Positions 42,740-56,642 of a DNA stretch of 64,000 nucleotides are shown here, piece by piece. The stretch comes from the human T2T-CHM13v2.0 reference genome, Homo sapiens. The DNA is taken from assembly GCF_009914755.1 (NCBI RefSeq), contig NC_060930.1; one strand, 5' to 3'. The position numbers and the translations under genes are program-made. The first letter of the stretch is position 1; the number at the start of each line of letters is the position of its first letter. The notes below the pieces were generated by a model that saw nothing but the letters and a program-made list of their open reading frames with translations, did no database searches and had not been told where the DNA came from.

Positions 42740-43750
42740 ACAAAAGATTTGAATTAAAATTTTATAACAGATATATGAGTGTAAAATAAAATTTGAAAAT
42801 ATGCTCAACATTATTAGCTCTTAGCTAAATGCAGATTAACTTTACATACCTACAAAAACAACTAAACTTTTTAAAAATCTGGCAGTTTCAAGTGGTGGAG
42901 GGGATGCAGAACAAATGGAATCCACATACATGGCTACCGGGGTTGAAAAATGATGTAGCCACTTTGGAAAATGATTCAATAGTTTATTGGTAAGTTAAGC
43001 AAATATTAATGTATCCCAAGCCATTAATCTTCCTCCTAGGTAGTGAACAGAAATAATAGTAAATGGCCAAACACAAAACTATACATATGTTTATAGAAAA
43101 CTTAGTCATAATTGAAAAAAAAAACTGGAAATACATCAACTCCCAGTCTGGTGAATAGATGAGCAACATTTACTACAACTATCCATGTAATAGAATGCTA
43201 TCCAGTGATATAAAAGAAGGAACAGGTGATACATGGCACAACACAGATCAAATACAGATGCATTGTTATGTGAAATAAACCAGACTAAAGAAGGCTACAG
43301 GCTGGGTGCAGTGGCACACATGTGCAATCCCAGGCTTTAGGAGACCAAGGTGGGAGGATCACTTGAGCTCAGGAGTTTGAAACCAGCCTGGTCTCAAACA
43401 TAGCAAGACCTGTCTTTCTCTTTCTCTTTCCCTTTCCCTTTCCCCCTTCCCTTTCCTTTTTTCTTTTCAGAAATCTAAAATACTACATACTAAATGACTC
43501 TATGTGATTTTCTGTAAAATTATAATTATGACAGAAAACAGATTAGTGGTTGCCAGGCAGGGACTTGGGGTGGACGTGGGGATTGATCATAAAGGAATAT
43601 AAAGGAACTTTTGGGGTGAAGGAAATATTATGGAACTTGATTTAAATTATATTTGTATGACATACCTTGTTTCAGAACTCAGAGAATATACACATAAAAA
43701 TGGCACAATTTACTATGTGACTTTCATAACTTAAGCCTGACTTTAAAAAT
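42740..43750 (+). mobile_element. L1ME-type 3' region
   Basis: AATATGCTCAACATTATTAG, GTAGCCACTTTGGAAAA, ACAGAAAACAGATTAGTGGTTGCCAGG, ending CCTGACTTTAAAAA. Confidence 0.75.
43300..43414 (+). mobile_element. FLAM_C-like Alu monomer
   Basis: GGCTGGGTGCAGTGGC...GGAGGATCACTTGAGCTCAGGAGTTTGAAACCAGCCTGG...AGACCTGTCT. Confidence 0.85.
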
Positions 43751-43864
43751 ATTGCTCCTATTGCCTTCTCAAAATATCTGTAAGAAACTAGTGGAATAAT
43801 TTATATTAAAGCAATTTTCATACTTCAAAACATTATGTAATATAAGCATCAGTATAATAAAAAT

Positions 43865-44090
43865 TGCCTTAGGCTTTGGAAAAAAAATATCAGAGTGGTT
43901 ATTTGATTTGATACTAGAATATGATTCTGACCCTCTTTGAGCTTCAGTTTCCACTTCCCTGTTACTGCAGATGTTTGTATGAAAATCAGATGAGGTGATG
44001 CCTGGATATACAGCCAGGGCATATCTGAGACTCAGTGGCTCCAATGCATGACACATTATTGTTGCTATTTCTGCTGCTACTATTACTACT
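43865..44090 (+). mobile_element. MIR-like remnant
   Basis: CTCTTTGAGCTTCAGTTTCC...GTTTGTATGAAAATCAGATGAG with a (TGC/TAT)-rich tail. Confidence 0.5.
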
Positions 44091-45293
44091 GCTGTTGCTA
44101 CCAGGAGGCCTGTCAATAAACTAAACTTTATAAACTAAAATTTATAAAATAATATATTTATCAGGCTTTATGGTAGGCCTACATTTTAAAGGTTTATTAA
44201 TATAGAGAGAGCATTTTTGATACATGAAATAGAAACTGGTTTGAAGAACTTTGGCAGCCGTAAGTCAGGACTAAGGTAATAGCCAGGATAAAAAACCTGG
44301 GGCAATTCAAAGAGAGAGTTAGAGTTTTTTCTGTGTGTTTCTGTATCATTTTATGCTTACCTTCATAAAATCATTAATACTCAGTTTTGGGATTACACTT
44401 GTCAATTTTTGTCTTTAGTCTGTTCATGACTTGCGGGGAGAAAACACATTCATTTGCTTGCTGTTTCTTTATTCTTTACATTCACAGAGGAAACCCCGTG
44501 CCTACCACTTAGTAGAAACTCGAGAAATACAAGCTGAGCGACAAGGAATCATGTCCAAGATTTTTTTCAGCTATATGATTGTTTTAATAAATTATGATAA
44601 TATCTCTAAGACACACAAAAAAGTCATCTGTAGTCATCTAAAAGGATATTTGATCTTTTTAAAAAAATACTGAAAATCACAATAGAACCGTAGCGTGATA
44701 ATTTAGGGTCAGATTACCCGTCTTTCTTTAATTCTTCACTCTTTCATGTAATCATCCCTCTTTATTCTATTGATAGAGGTTCATACATTTCAAAAATTTA
44801 TTTTGCTATATATAAAATATTTATTTAAGTTCTAATATACAATATATTTTAATGAAGCAAATTTCTAATTTATTATCTTCCAAATTAACCTTTTTCCAGA
44901 AAATTAATTTTTCTGGCAATTGATCAAAACCTATAGTGCTTTTATGTAAAATGGCAGTTCTGAAATAATATTTTTTCTCATTGGAAAAATCTATTTTAGT
45001 TGACAATCCTAAGATGCATTACATATTCTAAATAAAGAATGGTACAAACTAATTAAAAATATTTTCTTCAACCTAGATATAACCCTATTAACTTTAGCAT
45101 GCATCTTAAGTGTCTATGTTTATAAGTCTTATATTTCTATTAATTTACTTTTAAAATTTATAAATGAAATATGTTTGGTGGAGAAAAATTGTAAATAAAA
45201 ACAAACAAATATATAGAGGATAAGATTAGCTATAATGCCATGCGCCTCCTCCAACTACTGCTAACAGGTTAGCAGGCAGCTTTCCAGCTATCG

Positions 45294-45415
45294 TATATAT
45301 ATATGTATATACACACACACACACGACATATTTACACACACACACACATATATATATCTCATATATATGAGAGAAAAAAGACAAAGTGTGTGAGAGAGAG
45401 AGGGAGACAGAGAGA
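45294..45415. repeat. Compound (TA)/(CA)/(GA) microsatellite
   Basis: Read directly from the sequence. Confidence 0.85.
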
Positions 45416-47292
45416 ATGGAATACTTGTAAAAAATGTAGACCCTCCTAAAATAGGCAATGCGCAAAATGCTGCCATTAAATGAGGAAAATCAAACCTTTG
45501 TGCCAATTCACATTGAAAATTTCCCAAACACCTGGAAACTTTACCTCCAGTTCAGTACATATCAGCTTGGTGCCATATTTTAGCTGCTACTTTACATTAT
45601 AATGACATGGTAAGGAAGAGACAAAACTGTTGTTTCCCTGCTGACGATCTAATCAATACACACCTGTTTTCTGCTGGGAAAACTGCAGTCGTAGATGTGG
45701 TGGCTTTTTAACCTGAAAAACGATGACAAAGTAGCATGCTGAAAACACATGAATTTGACAAACTTTACATACCGTTTTCAAATTGAATACAAGCAGTGGG
45801 ATGCTGGCATAGGTGACGATTTCCATGATGACAGATTATGATGCGTCAGACAAAAGTTACAATCATTCATGAAAAAGAAGAGGAAACTCAGTCATGAGAA
45901 AATACTATAGAATATATACTTAATGTTTTCTAATATTCTTCAAATGTATTTCATTTTAATATATACAAGTTTTTTTTCTAAAAGCAACATGGTTAAGTCA
46001 AAACTATACATAGAAGCAGGGGTATAGAGGACGCATTCGACTTTTTCATGAATTATGTGTATTAATACATTTCAGACACAATAAAAAGCTCTGAATATGA
46101 TGTTTTGGGCAATTGTTTCCATTTTCTCTGAAATTAGTTTTTTTTGCAATACATATGTAAAGATAAGCTATGTCTGAATGTAAGTACACCACCAATTAAT
46201 ATTCCTCCAAATTGGGATGTATTATCTACCTCGTTGGCCAATTTCATGCAAAATTGAACAAATTAGCCACATGATCAAATAGCTTTCCTACTTAGAACAA
46301 TCAAAATTAACACAGCCAAAAACAATATTTACTTTTTGATCATTTCGATTTTGTCATTTATTGAGTATACTTTTAAAGAAAGTATTTTATATTTGTGGTG
46401 AAGATAAATCCAATTGCCATTTAGAAACTATGCAAAATTACCATTTGTATTAGCAAGTATAAATATACCTCCTTATTAATTATTAAAAATAAAATTCAAA
46501 CTTTTCTATATTTATCTACCATACACTTATTGATTTATTAGCCAGTTATTATTTTTCACATGTTCTCATACAAAAATAATGTTTGTCTTCTAGCTCTAAT
46601 TAAGAAACGTTGATACAAAAATAATCTAGAAAATCTATTGCATTTTGAGAAAAAATTACATTTTAACTGGAAATCATCTAGAAATTATAATTTTCAACCA
46701 CTTATTTTCTGGAAAAATAGCACGGTTTTTCTAGATCTTCTCTATCTTGTTTGTTTTATAGATAATATTATGATATAAAATTTAGTTGTTATTTATACTA
46801 TTTAGATACAACTGTATTAAAGAATAAATAGGTTCTGAATATAATGCTAAAGATTCCAATGACATATTTCTGTTTATAACAGGAAATCTTAAGTGGTACT
46901 GTAACAATAAGACAAAATAAATGAGATTAAAAAGTGTTAGCTTTTTTTAAAAAAAGTTTAAGAATGTAATAAAATTAATCAATCACCTAGTGGAAGTTTT
47001 AAGAGATACAAGTCCACATATTTTTTCTGTTCCCAACAGCCAATAGACCACCTCAGTCATTTGCAATGTATCATCTGTTATTTACCGAGACAGCAATTAA
47101 TTATGCTGTTGAATTGCCCCTCATTGCTTATGTCTCAACTCCAAGTTTACCACCTTATAAACTTTCTCCCCCTTGGCTTGTTCAAGCATTTTTGTCTTAT
47201 TTAAAATCAGTCTTGTTTATTTGTTTATCTTTGGTTTTGTTGAGTTTTTTGACTTCTTAAAATAGAATAGAAGAATATTTAAAGAATTAGCT

Positions 47293-47392
47293 ATCTGATT
47301 CACTGCTATTTTCAACATTTCACAAACAGCGCATGATGTATATTATATTCTAAGTTAATACAAGCGTTTACTGGAATAAAATAATAAATGAA
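47293..47392 (+). mobile_element. L2a 3' tail
   Basis: TTCACTGCTATTTTCAACA...AACAGCGCATG...AATAAATGAA. Confidence 0.5.
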
Positions 47393-50300
47393 CATATAAG
47401 TTGTCTAAATTAATTGAGTGTTTAATTGACTCACATTGCCCACACTATATAAGGTCTATTTTGACTAATAGGGGACATTTTATATGACACTTTGTCAATA
47501 ATAAGAATACTGTCAAAATCTAGTCCAAATCTCTAGGACCACTAAGAAGTTCCAGTCAATCTTGCTGACAAGACAGATATTTATCTTTACTTCTTTTCCC
47601 CAGTGGAACTTATTTAGTGACACAGAACAAAACCACAATTTCAGACTTGGATATTCATCTGTTTGTTAATGCTTGCTCTCCTTGAATATAGCAGAGAGTC
47701 CCCTATAGTAGTATATTGTTGCTGCCATGGTAACAACAGTAGTAGAATCTAACATGAGAATTATAGATTCTTAATGCAGTAAAGAAGAAAATCTCATATA
47801 AACAAAATTACTCTCGCAAATACTTTATGAATCCATAAGAACTGCATCTTTATTTACCCCCTCATGATAAATCCAACTCGAACGGTCTTCCTTCTAGTTT
47901 TAAACAGATCATTATGTCTTCAGTCAATTTTAAACATTAGAATTGCACTTGGTGTTTTGTCGTATTTACATTATCAGAGCACATAAAAGTAATATTATAG
48001 CCTTAAATCTTAAGCTCACTTCTGGGGCTACCTTAATTGAATGAAAAAGTGAAGATAAATGCCTGCACAGCTAAACTTACTGTCTCTCTCTCAGGAATAG
48101 AATTCAACTCCACTTGAACACATTAAGGCCCCTTTAAAGACAGCTCCAAAGGGTGTAGGAATTAAGCTGTTCTTGCCTTGAGTTCAAAGAATTATTGTGA
48201 AATGGAAGAAAGCACCAATAGCAGCTCATATAGAACTACCCTTGATGCTCCTCTTGTCTGTGTTAATTCTGATATATTTAGTTGGCCAGCCAGTGCTTGA
48301 CTTGTGTTTAGTCCATCTCTACTTTCTTGAATCCCAACTGTGTAGGGATCTGACTCTGCCAAAGCCTGGTCTACACCATCTGCTCTGACTGACTGCCAGG
48401 ATTCCCTGGCTGCCCCAACATGCTTAGAGAGACATTCTGTTTTGTTTTGTTTTGTTTTGTTTTTCCTTTTTTTTTCCCTCCTGTGAATATTTGAGGCTTC
48501 CAAATAAGTGACCATTGGATAAAGTAACATATTACAGTGTCCCAGTGATAGTGATAGACAATAGGAAATTCAACTTCATTGATATTTAAGGTGACTTCCA
48601 GCTGAAAACACTCCTAGCACCTCAAGTATGATACCTGGTTTTAGGGGACAATACTGACAATTAAAATTGATAAACTGAAGCATATATCAATGGGAGCAGC
48701 AGGATAATGCTAATTCTTGTTAATATATTAGTTAAGCAACACCTAAAGAAATTGACATGTTTATCCTGGAGCACAGAACATTAACAAATAGAATCCTAGG
48801 ACTGACTTTATCTTAAGATGATAAAACATAATTTGAAGAATAAGATTCTACATCCTCTCATTGGATGTACATCAAGTGAAAACCTCTAACTCTCAAATCA
48901 GTTCAGTTGAGTAAATGTTTATAACACTGTGAGCACTTGACTATTCTTTGAATTTGGAGCTTCAACACTCAAGACCCTCAGTGTCTGAATTGTTCAAATA
49001 CATAACGTGGTGTCTCTGAATTGACTGATCCATAATATCATCCTATAAGCATTAACATACATCTTTGAAGTAGATATTTGCGTGCAAACGATTTCAAATC
49101 ACACAGTTTTTTTTCATTTTCCTCAATTGTAAAATATAGATATCTATAATCATATCAATCTGAGCCTTAACCATTTCTGTAAAATATTCAGCTTTCAAGC
49201 TATTTTAAAAACGTTGAAAATCCTGATAATATCGAAATTCTAAATTATAGCCAATATATATGCTTTCCAATAATTTAAAATAAGGGGAATTTAATCCCCT
49301 TTCTGATTTTTATATTTCTCATTGTTATATAGATTAGATTAATGCATTGAAAAATAATACTTTGTCTTTGTTTTCAATTCTGCTGCTTAAGTTTCAACTA
49401 CTTCTATAATTGGACATATTTTAAAGAATAACATTGAAGTGATTCTTGCTTTGAGGATTTATATTTACAAGATATTCTGTTTATTGTGATATATTTTTGT
49501 TTTAACACATGACTAGACTTTCTATTGATTATGTTTAAAACAATCTACGACTTGCAAATATGTTTTTCTTAAAAACAATATATAAATCATCATATTTTTA
49601 CTCCGTTTTGAGAAGCTGTGGAATCAAATTACCCATAGCAATATATAAAGCAATATAATTAATAAATATTACAGTTGTTTAATCTAGAATAAAACTTTAC
49701 TTCAATGAGATTTGGAATTTTGGTTTGTTGTTTGCTTATACTGAGATGTTAAGTAGTTTTAGCAAACATTTTCAAGGCCTAAGTTTTGGAGAACATATAC
49801 TTTAGGAAATACAAAATTATGCCAAGATTGGAATGTTGAAAGGTATCTCTGTCTCTTTCCCATTCTCTCTCACTCACAAATGCATAAACACATAGACACA
49901 GTCACACGTATTCATACATTCCTCACACACACCTATTAGGGGTTATCATTTTTTTCCCCATACCACTACTAAAAGAAGAGAGAAATGCCTTTATGAAATA
50001 AAGGAAGCATCCAGGGGTAACAGCCAGGAAGAAATGATATAGAAATTTTAATGAGATTCAGAAAATTAACAAAACTAAACACTTTGCAGAAAACTATAAA
50101 TTATTTAGTAGATAATGATTGTCAACTTAGAAAAGGACAGATGATGACTATCTCAATTTCCCTTCCCTTCTTGCTAAAATAAGAATAAGATAAGGGGAGA
50201 AGTAAGAGATCCAAATATATATATATATAAAGAAAGCTTAAGTACACTATGAATATTATAAGAAGACTACTAAATGATAATATTTATTAGAGCATGTACA

Positions 50301-50482
50301 ATAGGCTAGAGTTCATACTGTACAGTAATTATATAAGAGAGAACCATGGTGGATAGAATTAATAGTGTATTAATCATTAATAATTAATGGATTAAAGAGT
50401 ATTTCTATGTCAGATTAGAAATTGCTGAATATTTTGAGTATAAAAATATTTACAATATATTGTAACTATATAAATCAAATAA

Positions 50483-50790
<308 letters not shown>

Positions 50791-51394
50791 AATATTATTA
50801 TTAACAATGATAAAAATCATATGTATATTTTAAAGATTATACGATTGATTTTTTTATTTCTTTTGCTTTCAGCCTCTTGTCTCCTAACCTATTTCATGAA
50901 ACTTTTTATACCATCAGAGAAATCTTCAGCCTAAAATTCTAACTTATCATGTTTCTAAAAGTCATAAAAATGATCATTTATAATAAATGTTTAATTATCA
51001 CAAGTCTTTTATTTTATTGATTTTTGAAGTCTCAATGTTTAGCTGGTATGCAATTGAAACCTAAATTTGTCTTCTCTTGCCGCATCAAATACACACAAAA
51101 ACTAATATTTCTTCCTACTTAGATACATACTTTGATTATTCATTCTTCAAGTATGTATTAATTGAGCATGAATTTTGTGACAGATTTGCTTTTTAAGTAT
51201 CAATTATATGCCGTGCTAAATGAAAACCAAGTTAGCATCATTTGTGTCAATTTCTGTAAAAACAAGATTGGGTATAGCTATGATCTAGTGAATACAATGC
51301 ACTTTTCATTCTATACTTTACTAACTCAGAGAGATTTTCTGGTTCTTCTTTTTCCATTATGGAATTAGTATATTATGAGAAGATAAAACATCAA

Positions 51395-51500
51395 TTTTTG
51401 TTTGCTCGTTTTTGAGACAGGATCTCGCTCGTTTGCCTAGGCTAGAGTGCAGGGTGTGAACAAGGCTCACTGCAGCGTCAACTTCCTGGACCCAAGCAAG
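51395..51500 (-). mobile_element. AluJ/FAM right-arm fragment
   Basis: GAGACAGGATCTCGCTC...GCTCACTGCAGCGTCAACTTCCTGG. Confidence 0.8.
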
Positions 51501-51605
51501 ACTGAATTTTACTTTATGGGTTACAAATAGGAGGTTAAGTCTACCCAGCACAAATATATAGCCTATAAAAGTCTATAGATTTTACAGAGTAAGTAGATAA
51601 GATCC

Positions 51606-52040
51606 TGTGGTTGTCCCCCTTTGGGAGGGGTAATTGTGGCTAATAAGAAACTGATTTTAACACGGTTCATAAATAATATTTTACAGCTTTCCTTGCAGTT
51701 AGGGTAACCAAAGTAAACAACGGAAGACTTGCTGGGTGGAGCTTCTAGAAGAGCTATTTAAAAGGTATTCTCAAAACAGGGAGTTGTGTGTGTGTATGTT
51801 TTTATTTTTCCTTCATAAATAATCTTTCTATCCCATTTGAAATAGTAATTTGATACAGAAGATGGAAACTGCTCACCAAAAAAGACAGAGAAGTTGATGA
51901 TGGTGGTGAGGAAACAAGAAGATCCTGGATCTCTGACGTCCATGGAACTTTCATAACATCGTTGCCACTGCTACTTCAATGATCCCTTTATGTGAAATAA
52001 AGTAAATCACTATCTTGATATTTCCAGTTATCTTGGATTT
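51606..52040 (+). mobile_element. MLT1J/K-like MaLR LTR remnant
   Basis: CAGCTTTCCTTGCAGTTAGG...GGAGCTTCTAGAAGAG...GATCCTGGATCTCTGACG...TTTATGTGAAATAAAGTAAA. Confidence 0.55.
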
Positions 52041-52734
52041 CTCAAATTATACGTCTTAAATGACAAAGCATCAGAAAGGTTAAGTTTGTGACAACATTTT
52101 CAACAGAAAAGTTAGGAATACACTGAATTTTTAAACAAGAACGGATATTATTATCTCTGCTTGCAATATTATAAATGTCATTCAGGGAGTTAATTTTTAG
52201 AGACAAATGATAAATAATAAGTAGACGCACTTTATATATGTTTTCAGATTCTTTAACAAAAGCTGTTTTTCCTGTCTTTAGATAAAATTTGGCAAAAAAT
52301 ACTTATAAAGTAGTAATAAAGAGGTAGTAGATAAAACATAGTAAAAGCAAAATGAATCAATAACACAACAGCTCTTTTACTATAGAAGAATTTAATATTG
52401 TAGATTAATTGATATTGGTTGTTGCATTAAACGAAATCTATTGAAGTCTACATGGGTATTTAAATATCATAATATATATCACATATATATCTATAAAGTT
52501 ATTTTAGAATATTTTCTGTCTACAATGAGAAGACTATTAGAGCTTATACTATGAAGTACTAATAAGTGCAAATGTTCATTTGGAATTATTTCTTGTCCTT
52601 TATAAAAACGGAATTTGATTTTGGCTAATGTTGGTATCTTCACTTTGGCATCTACCTTAAAAAATAGTTTATTATTACTACAAACCACAGTAATATAGTA
52701 TTAAAATATTTATAAAATAAATGTTTTATGAGTT

Positions 52735-52930
52735 TCTGCTATTTGCCAGGCATACAAAGTTATATGAATCTTTCCAAATACTGATGGTAAGAATTATTAA
52801 TTTCAATTAGCTTGCATTTTATGTTAAGAAATTTTAATAAAGGCAGAGTTACTTTTTCCAAGTTACATATCTCTTATACCTAAATGGAAATTGCACTTTC
52901 TCTTCTCAAATACCTGAATCCATTCTTTTA
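52735..52930 (-). mobile_element. MIR remnant
   Basis: CTGCTATTTGCCAGGCA...CATTTTATG...GTTACTTTTTCCAAGTTACATA. Confidence 0.5.
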
Positions 52931-53055
52931 TGTTACAATATTAACATTCATTTAGAGGTTTATTCTCAAGAACAATGTAATTTTCATTGTGGATTTTGGG
53001 AATAAGGAAGGAGAGTATGTTCAATTATAGTCTTTAAATTCTGCTTTCTTTTCAG

Positions 53056-53064
53056 TCTATCTAC

Positions 53065-53102
<38 letters not shown>
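53056..53102. repeat. (TATC)n tetranucleotide STR, 8 perfect units from 53069
   Basis: Read directly from the sequence. Confidence 0.95.
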
Positions 53103-53104
53103 AC

Positions 53105-53690
53105 ATCTCCTTCACTAAAATTCACCATTTTGCTATACAATTCTATAAATGTGGACAAATACATTAAAGAATATGTCTGTCATAACAATCAAGATATAGA
53201 ACAGTTTATTTAAAGAAATTCACTTGTGTGGCCTCCCGCATTCCCAACACAGACCACTACTGATCTTCTTCATATAAATGGAATCATTTAGTATGTAGCC
53301 TTTGGGTCTGGATTCTTTCATGTATATTGTCTTTTAGGTTCGTCTATGCTATTATATATACTAACACTATGATAGTTTTTTCCTTTTCATATTTCATGAG
53401 TATACCAGCGTTTGTTATCTAATTATCAGTTGAAAGACTCTTTTTCCAATTTTTGTCAATTATACATTGAGCTACTGTGAATATTTGCATAAAGTTTCTT
53501 GTGTCAACAAAATTTTTCACATTTTAAATCATATGTTTGATACCAGTTAAACTTTATAAGAAATTGTTCCCACTCTTTTCCCAGATAACCGTACCATTTT
53601 ACATTTCCACGAGAATGAATGAAAGTTTGGGTAACTCTGCATCTGTCAGTACCTTAGTACTGTCTCTTTAAAATTTTTTAAATTCTGCTT
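53105..53690 (-). mobile_element. L1MB/ME-type 3' end
   Basis: AAAATTCACCATTTT...CAATCAAGATATAGAACA...CATATAAATGGAATCAT...GTACCATTTTACATTTCCAC. Confidence 0.78.
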
Positions 53691-54366
53691 TTTTAAAAAC
53701 CACTTTCAAGTGAAAATAATATAATATGAGATTGGGATGTAATTTCTTCAAATCTTATCTCCACTGCAAACTATTTGATCAGGTGCATGAACTTGATTTT
53801 TTTTCTTAAAAAAGTATTTATTCTTACGTTACATGACAGTATCTTTTTAAACATGGCAAGTTAATTTTCTAAAATCTTTTAAAATTTATGCTTACTGTAC
53901 ATCTGAGGTTTTGAGTTCCCACTCTTTTATGTCATTATATAATTGCCCAATAAATACAAGCCCTATGTTAACATTAAAAGTAGCATACTTGTTGTTATAC
54001 ATGCAAACTGGGCATTTGGCCTTAACACATGGTGATTTGAAGACAGGTATAAAGAGATTTTTAAAAATGTGGTAAGACATATTACTGGGTTGATCTCTGG
54101 TAATCCTGTTACATACAAGCATATGTAATGTAAATTTTAATATATGCAAACATACATACATGTATATACACATTAATAAAGGCAAAGTTACTTTCTCAAA
54201 GTAACTTTGGAAATTTCACTTTGACATACATATACGTGTATATACAGATTTTTCCTTTTTATTTCTGTGAGTTTTAAGATGATGATGATTAATTTTTCAA
54301 AAGCTTTTTTTCATTTAAATTCATTGATCTTATTGATTTCCATCAAATAATATTGAGAAAGCACAT

Positions 54367-54818
54367 TGTGACGGTAAATATTGACTGTCAACTTGATTGG
54401 ACTGAAGGAAGCAAAGTGTTGTTCCTGGGCATGTCTGTGAGGGTGTTGCCAAAGGAGATTAACATTTGAGTCAGTGGACTGGGAAAGGCAGACTCACCCT
54501 CAATCTTGGTGGGCACAATCCAATCAGCTGCCAGCGTGGCTAGAATAAAAGCAGGCAAAAGAACGTGGAAATATTAGACTGGCTTAGCCTCCAAGCCTAT
54601 ATCTTTCTTGTGTGCTGGATGCTTCCTGCCCTCGAACATCGGACTCCAAGTTCTTCAGCTTTGGGAATCAGAATGAATTCCTTGCTCCTCAGTTTGCAGA
54701 TGGCCTATTGTGAGACCTCACCTTGTGATCATGTGTGTTAATACTCCTTAATAAGCTCCCCTTTATATATTCATCTATCCTATTAATTCTGTCCCTCTAG
54801 AGAACCCTGACTAATGCA
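54367..54818 (+). mobile_element. MLT2A1 solo LTR (HERV-L)
   Basis: TGTGACGGTAAATATTGACTGTCAACTTGATTGG...GCCAAAGGAGATTAACATTTGAGTCAGTGGACTGGG...TCTGTCCCTCTAGAGAACCCTGACTAATGCA, ~450 bp. TSD imperfect. Confidence 0.9.
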
Positions 54819-56569
54819 CATACTTAATTATGAAAGAAATAAAAAATTTACAAACTACATATTTTTATTAAAAATTATACATGCATATATGCCTTAGATC
54901 ATATTATATATTCGATGTCCTATTTATATGTAATTGGGTCTTATTCTACAAAGAGTTCTCTAATATGAATATTTAAAACACATAGATTGTGGATTGGAAG
55001 ACTCTCAAAAGCTAATAGTGATTATCCACTAGCTGGTAGATTTGTTGTTAATTTATCATATGAACTCCACTGTTTAATAATTAAATATAACTAAACCTTA
55101 TTTTATTTACTCTTAAGGAATTTTTTTAAATTAGCAATAATTTTATAGCAATGAAATTGCCTAGACACAATGTGAAAACAAACAGCTATAAGTAGGCATA
55201 AAGTTAAACATACAAAATACTGTTGTATTTTTAAAAAGTTACTGGTTAATTTTATGATCCACTGCCACATTTATAGTTATGCAAACTAACAGAAGAGCAT
55301 ACATATATCATGCTTCACTAATCAAATAATTATTTATGTAAAATAAAATAATTACTTATAATTTTTATATTGCTTTTATAGCATTATTTCTGCAAATATA
55401 AAAACATTCTTAATTATTGCTACAAGTAAAACAATTATCTGTTCAGTTTTGCAAAACTACTTTAAAATATTTGTTTTTAAGAAATTGTTTCACCAAAGTA
55501 AATAAATATTTATAAGGGAGGAAAAATTACTTGGTACAAAACTATTTTTCACTGTGACATTCTTATAAATAAGCCTCATGGCATTACTTAATGCTATGAA
55601 TTTACTTCATACATTGGTTTAATTTAATTTAGTCAACTAATTATTTAAACCTATCTTTGAACTTTTAAAGAGGCTCAATTTTCCCTATGCTTCTTCCCAA
55701 ATTTCTGTATAGGATCATAGAATTACACGGCAACCTAGAATTAGCAGAAAAAAAGCAAGATCTGTTTCTTTTTTTCACATTCATTTATAATTAATCCCCA
55801 CTAAACTGCTTTTATTTCTCAGAATCCCTGCACCATTCTTTCACTATGGTGTGCATATTATTTCCTAAATAATTTTTATAAAAATGCCTGAAATGTCACT
55901 TTTTAAGTTCTACTTTTGCTTTCTTAGGGTTTTAGTGATAAAAAAGTAAAAAAAAAAAAAAAAAAAAAGGAAAATCCCACTCGCTTTCCTACGATGAATC
56001 TGTTTTTTTCTCATTTAGCAAATACTACCTGAAGAACAACTCATTTGGATATTTCTTTATGTTGAGCTTGATTAAACTTTCCATCCTCATTCAGTGCTGT
56101 AGGATCATGTTAATTTTTGCTCATTTGAGTCTCTTATCCAATCCAGTCAAAAAAATCAGTACAGTATTTCATAGTGTCTGTTGTTGAGTATTCTGATCAC
56201 ATTACTTACGGTAGATATTTACTACATGCCAAAGACAATGTTTCACAACTGCTCTTCATTATGGTTTTTGCCAAATCTATTACTATAAATCATATTTCAA
56301 CATATGATCCAAAGGATCACAACTGTCTGCATAAAAACTTATAGAAACAGATATAATCGATCACCTCCTCTGTTGTTTCTACTAACCAGGTTTTGAATAT
56401 TTAAGGGGGAAAATTAAGTTGTAGCAATTTCAAAGCTGTCAGAAGAATCAAATCTGGCCTATGCAAATATATTTTGTTAAAATTATGCTTAGAAATACAA
56501 AAGCTGTAGCCTAATAATTTTATGAACAGTTTGAAAAAAAGAATCATATTAACTTATTTATTTTATTAC

Positions 56570-56642
56570 TTGTTGCATTACTAGTATGAGGCATATTGCC
56601 TGAGAATAGTAGACACGCAAGATATATTTGTTGAACTGAAAT
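56570..56642 (+). mobile_element. L2 3' tail
   Basis: TGCCTGAGAATAGTAGACACGCAAGATATATTTGTTGAACTGAA. Confidence 0.55.

Noticed and set aside
48192-48530. 112-aa minus-strand ORF in unique sequence, with nearby splice-like signals at 48075-48095
   Set aside because: Non-ATG start, runs through a (TTTTG)n repeat, no family resemblance that I recognise, and no consistent acceptor/donor pair.
55940-55968. Isolated long A run as the tail of a retrocopy
   Set aside because: No convincing TSD or recognisable upstream body.
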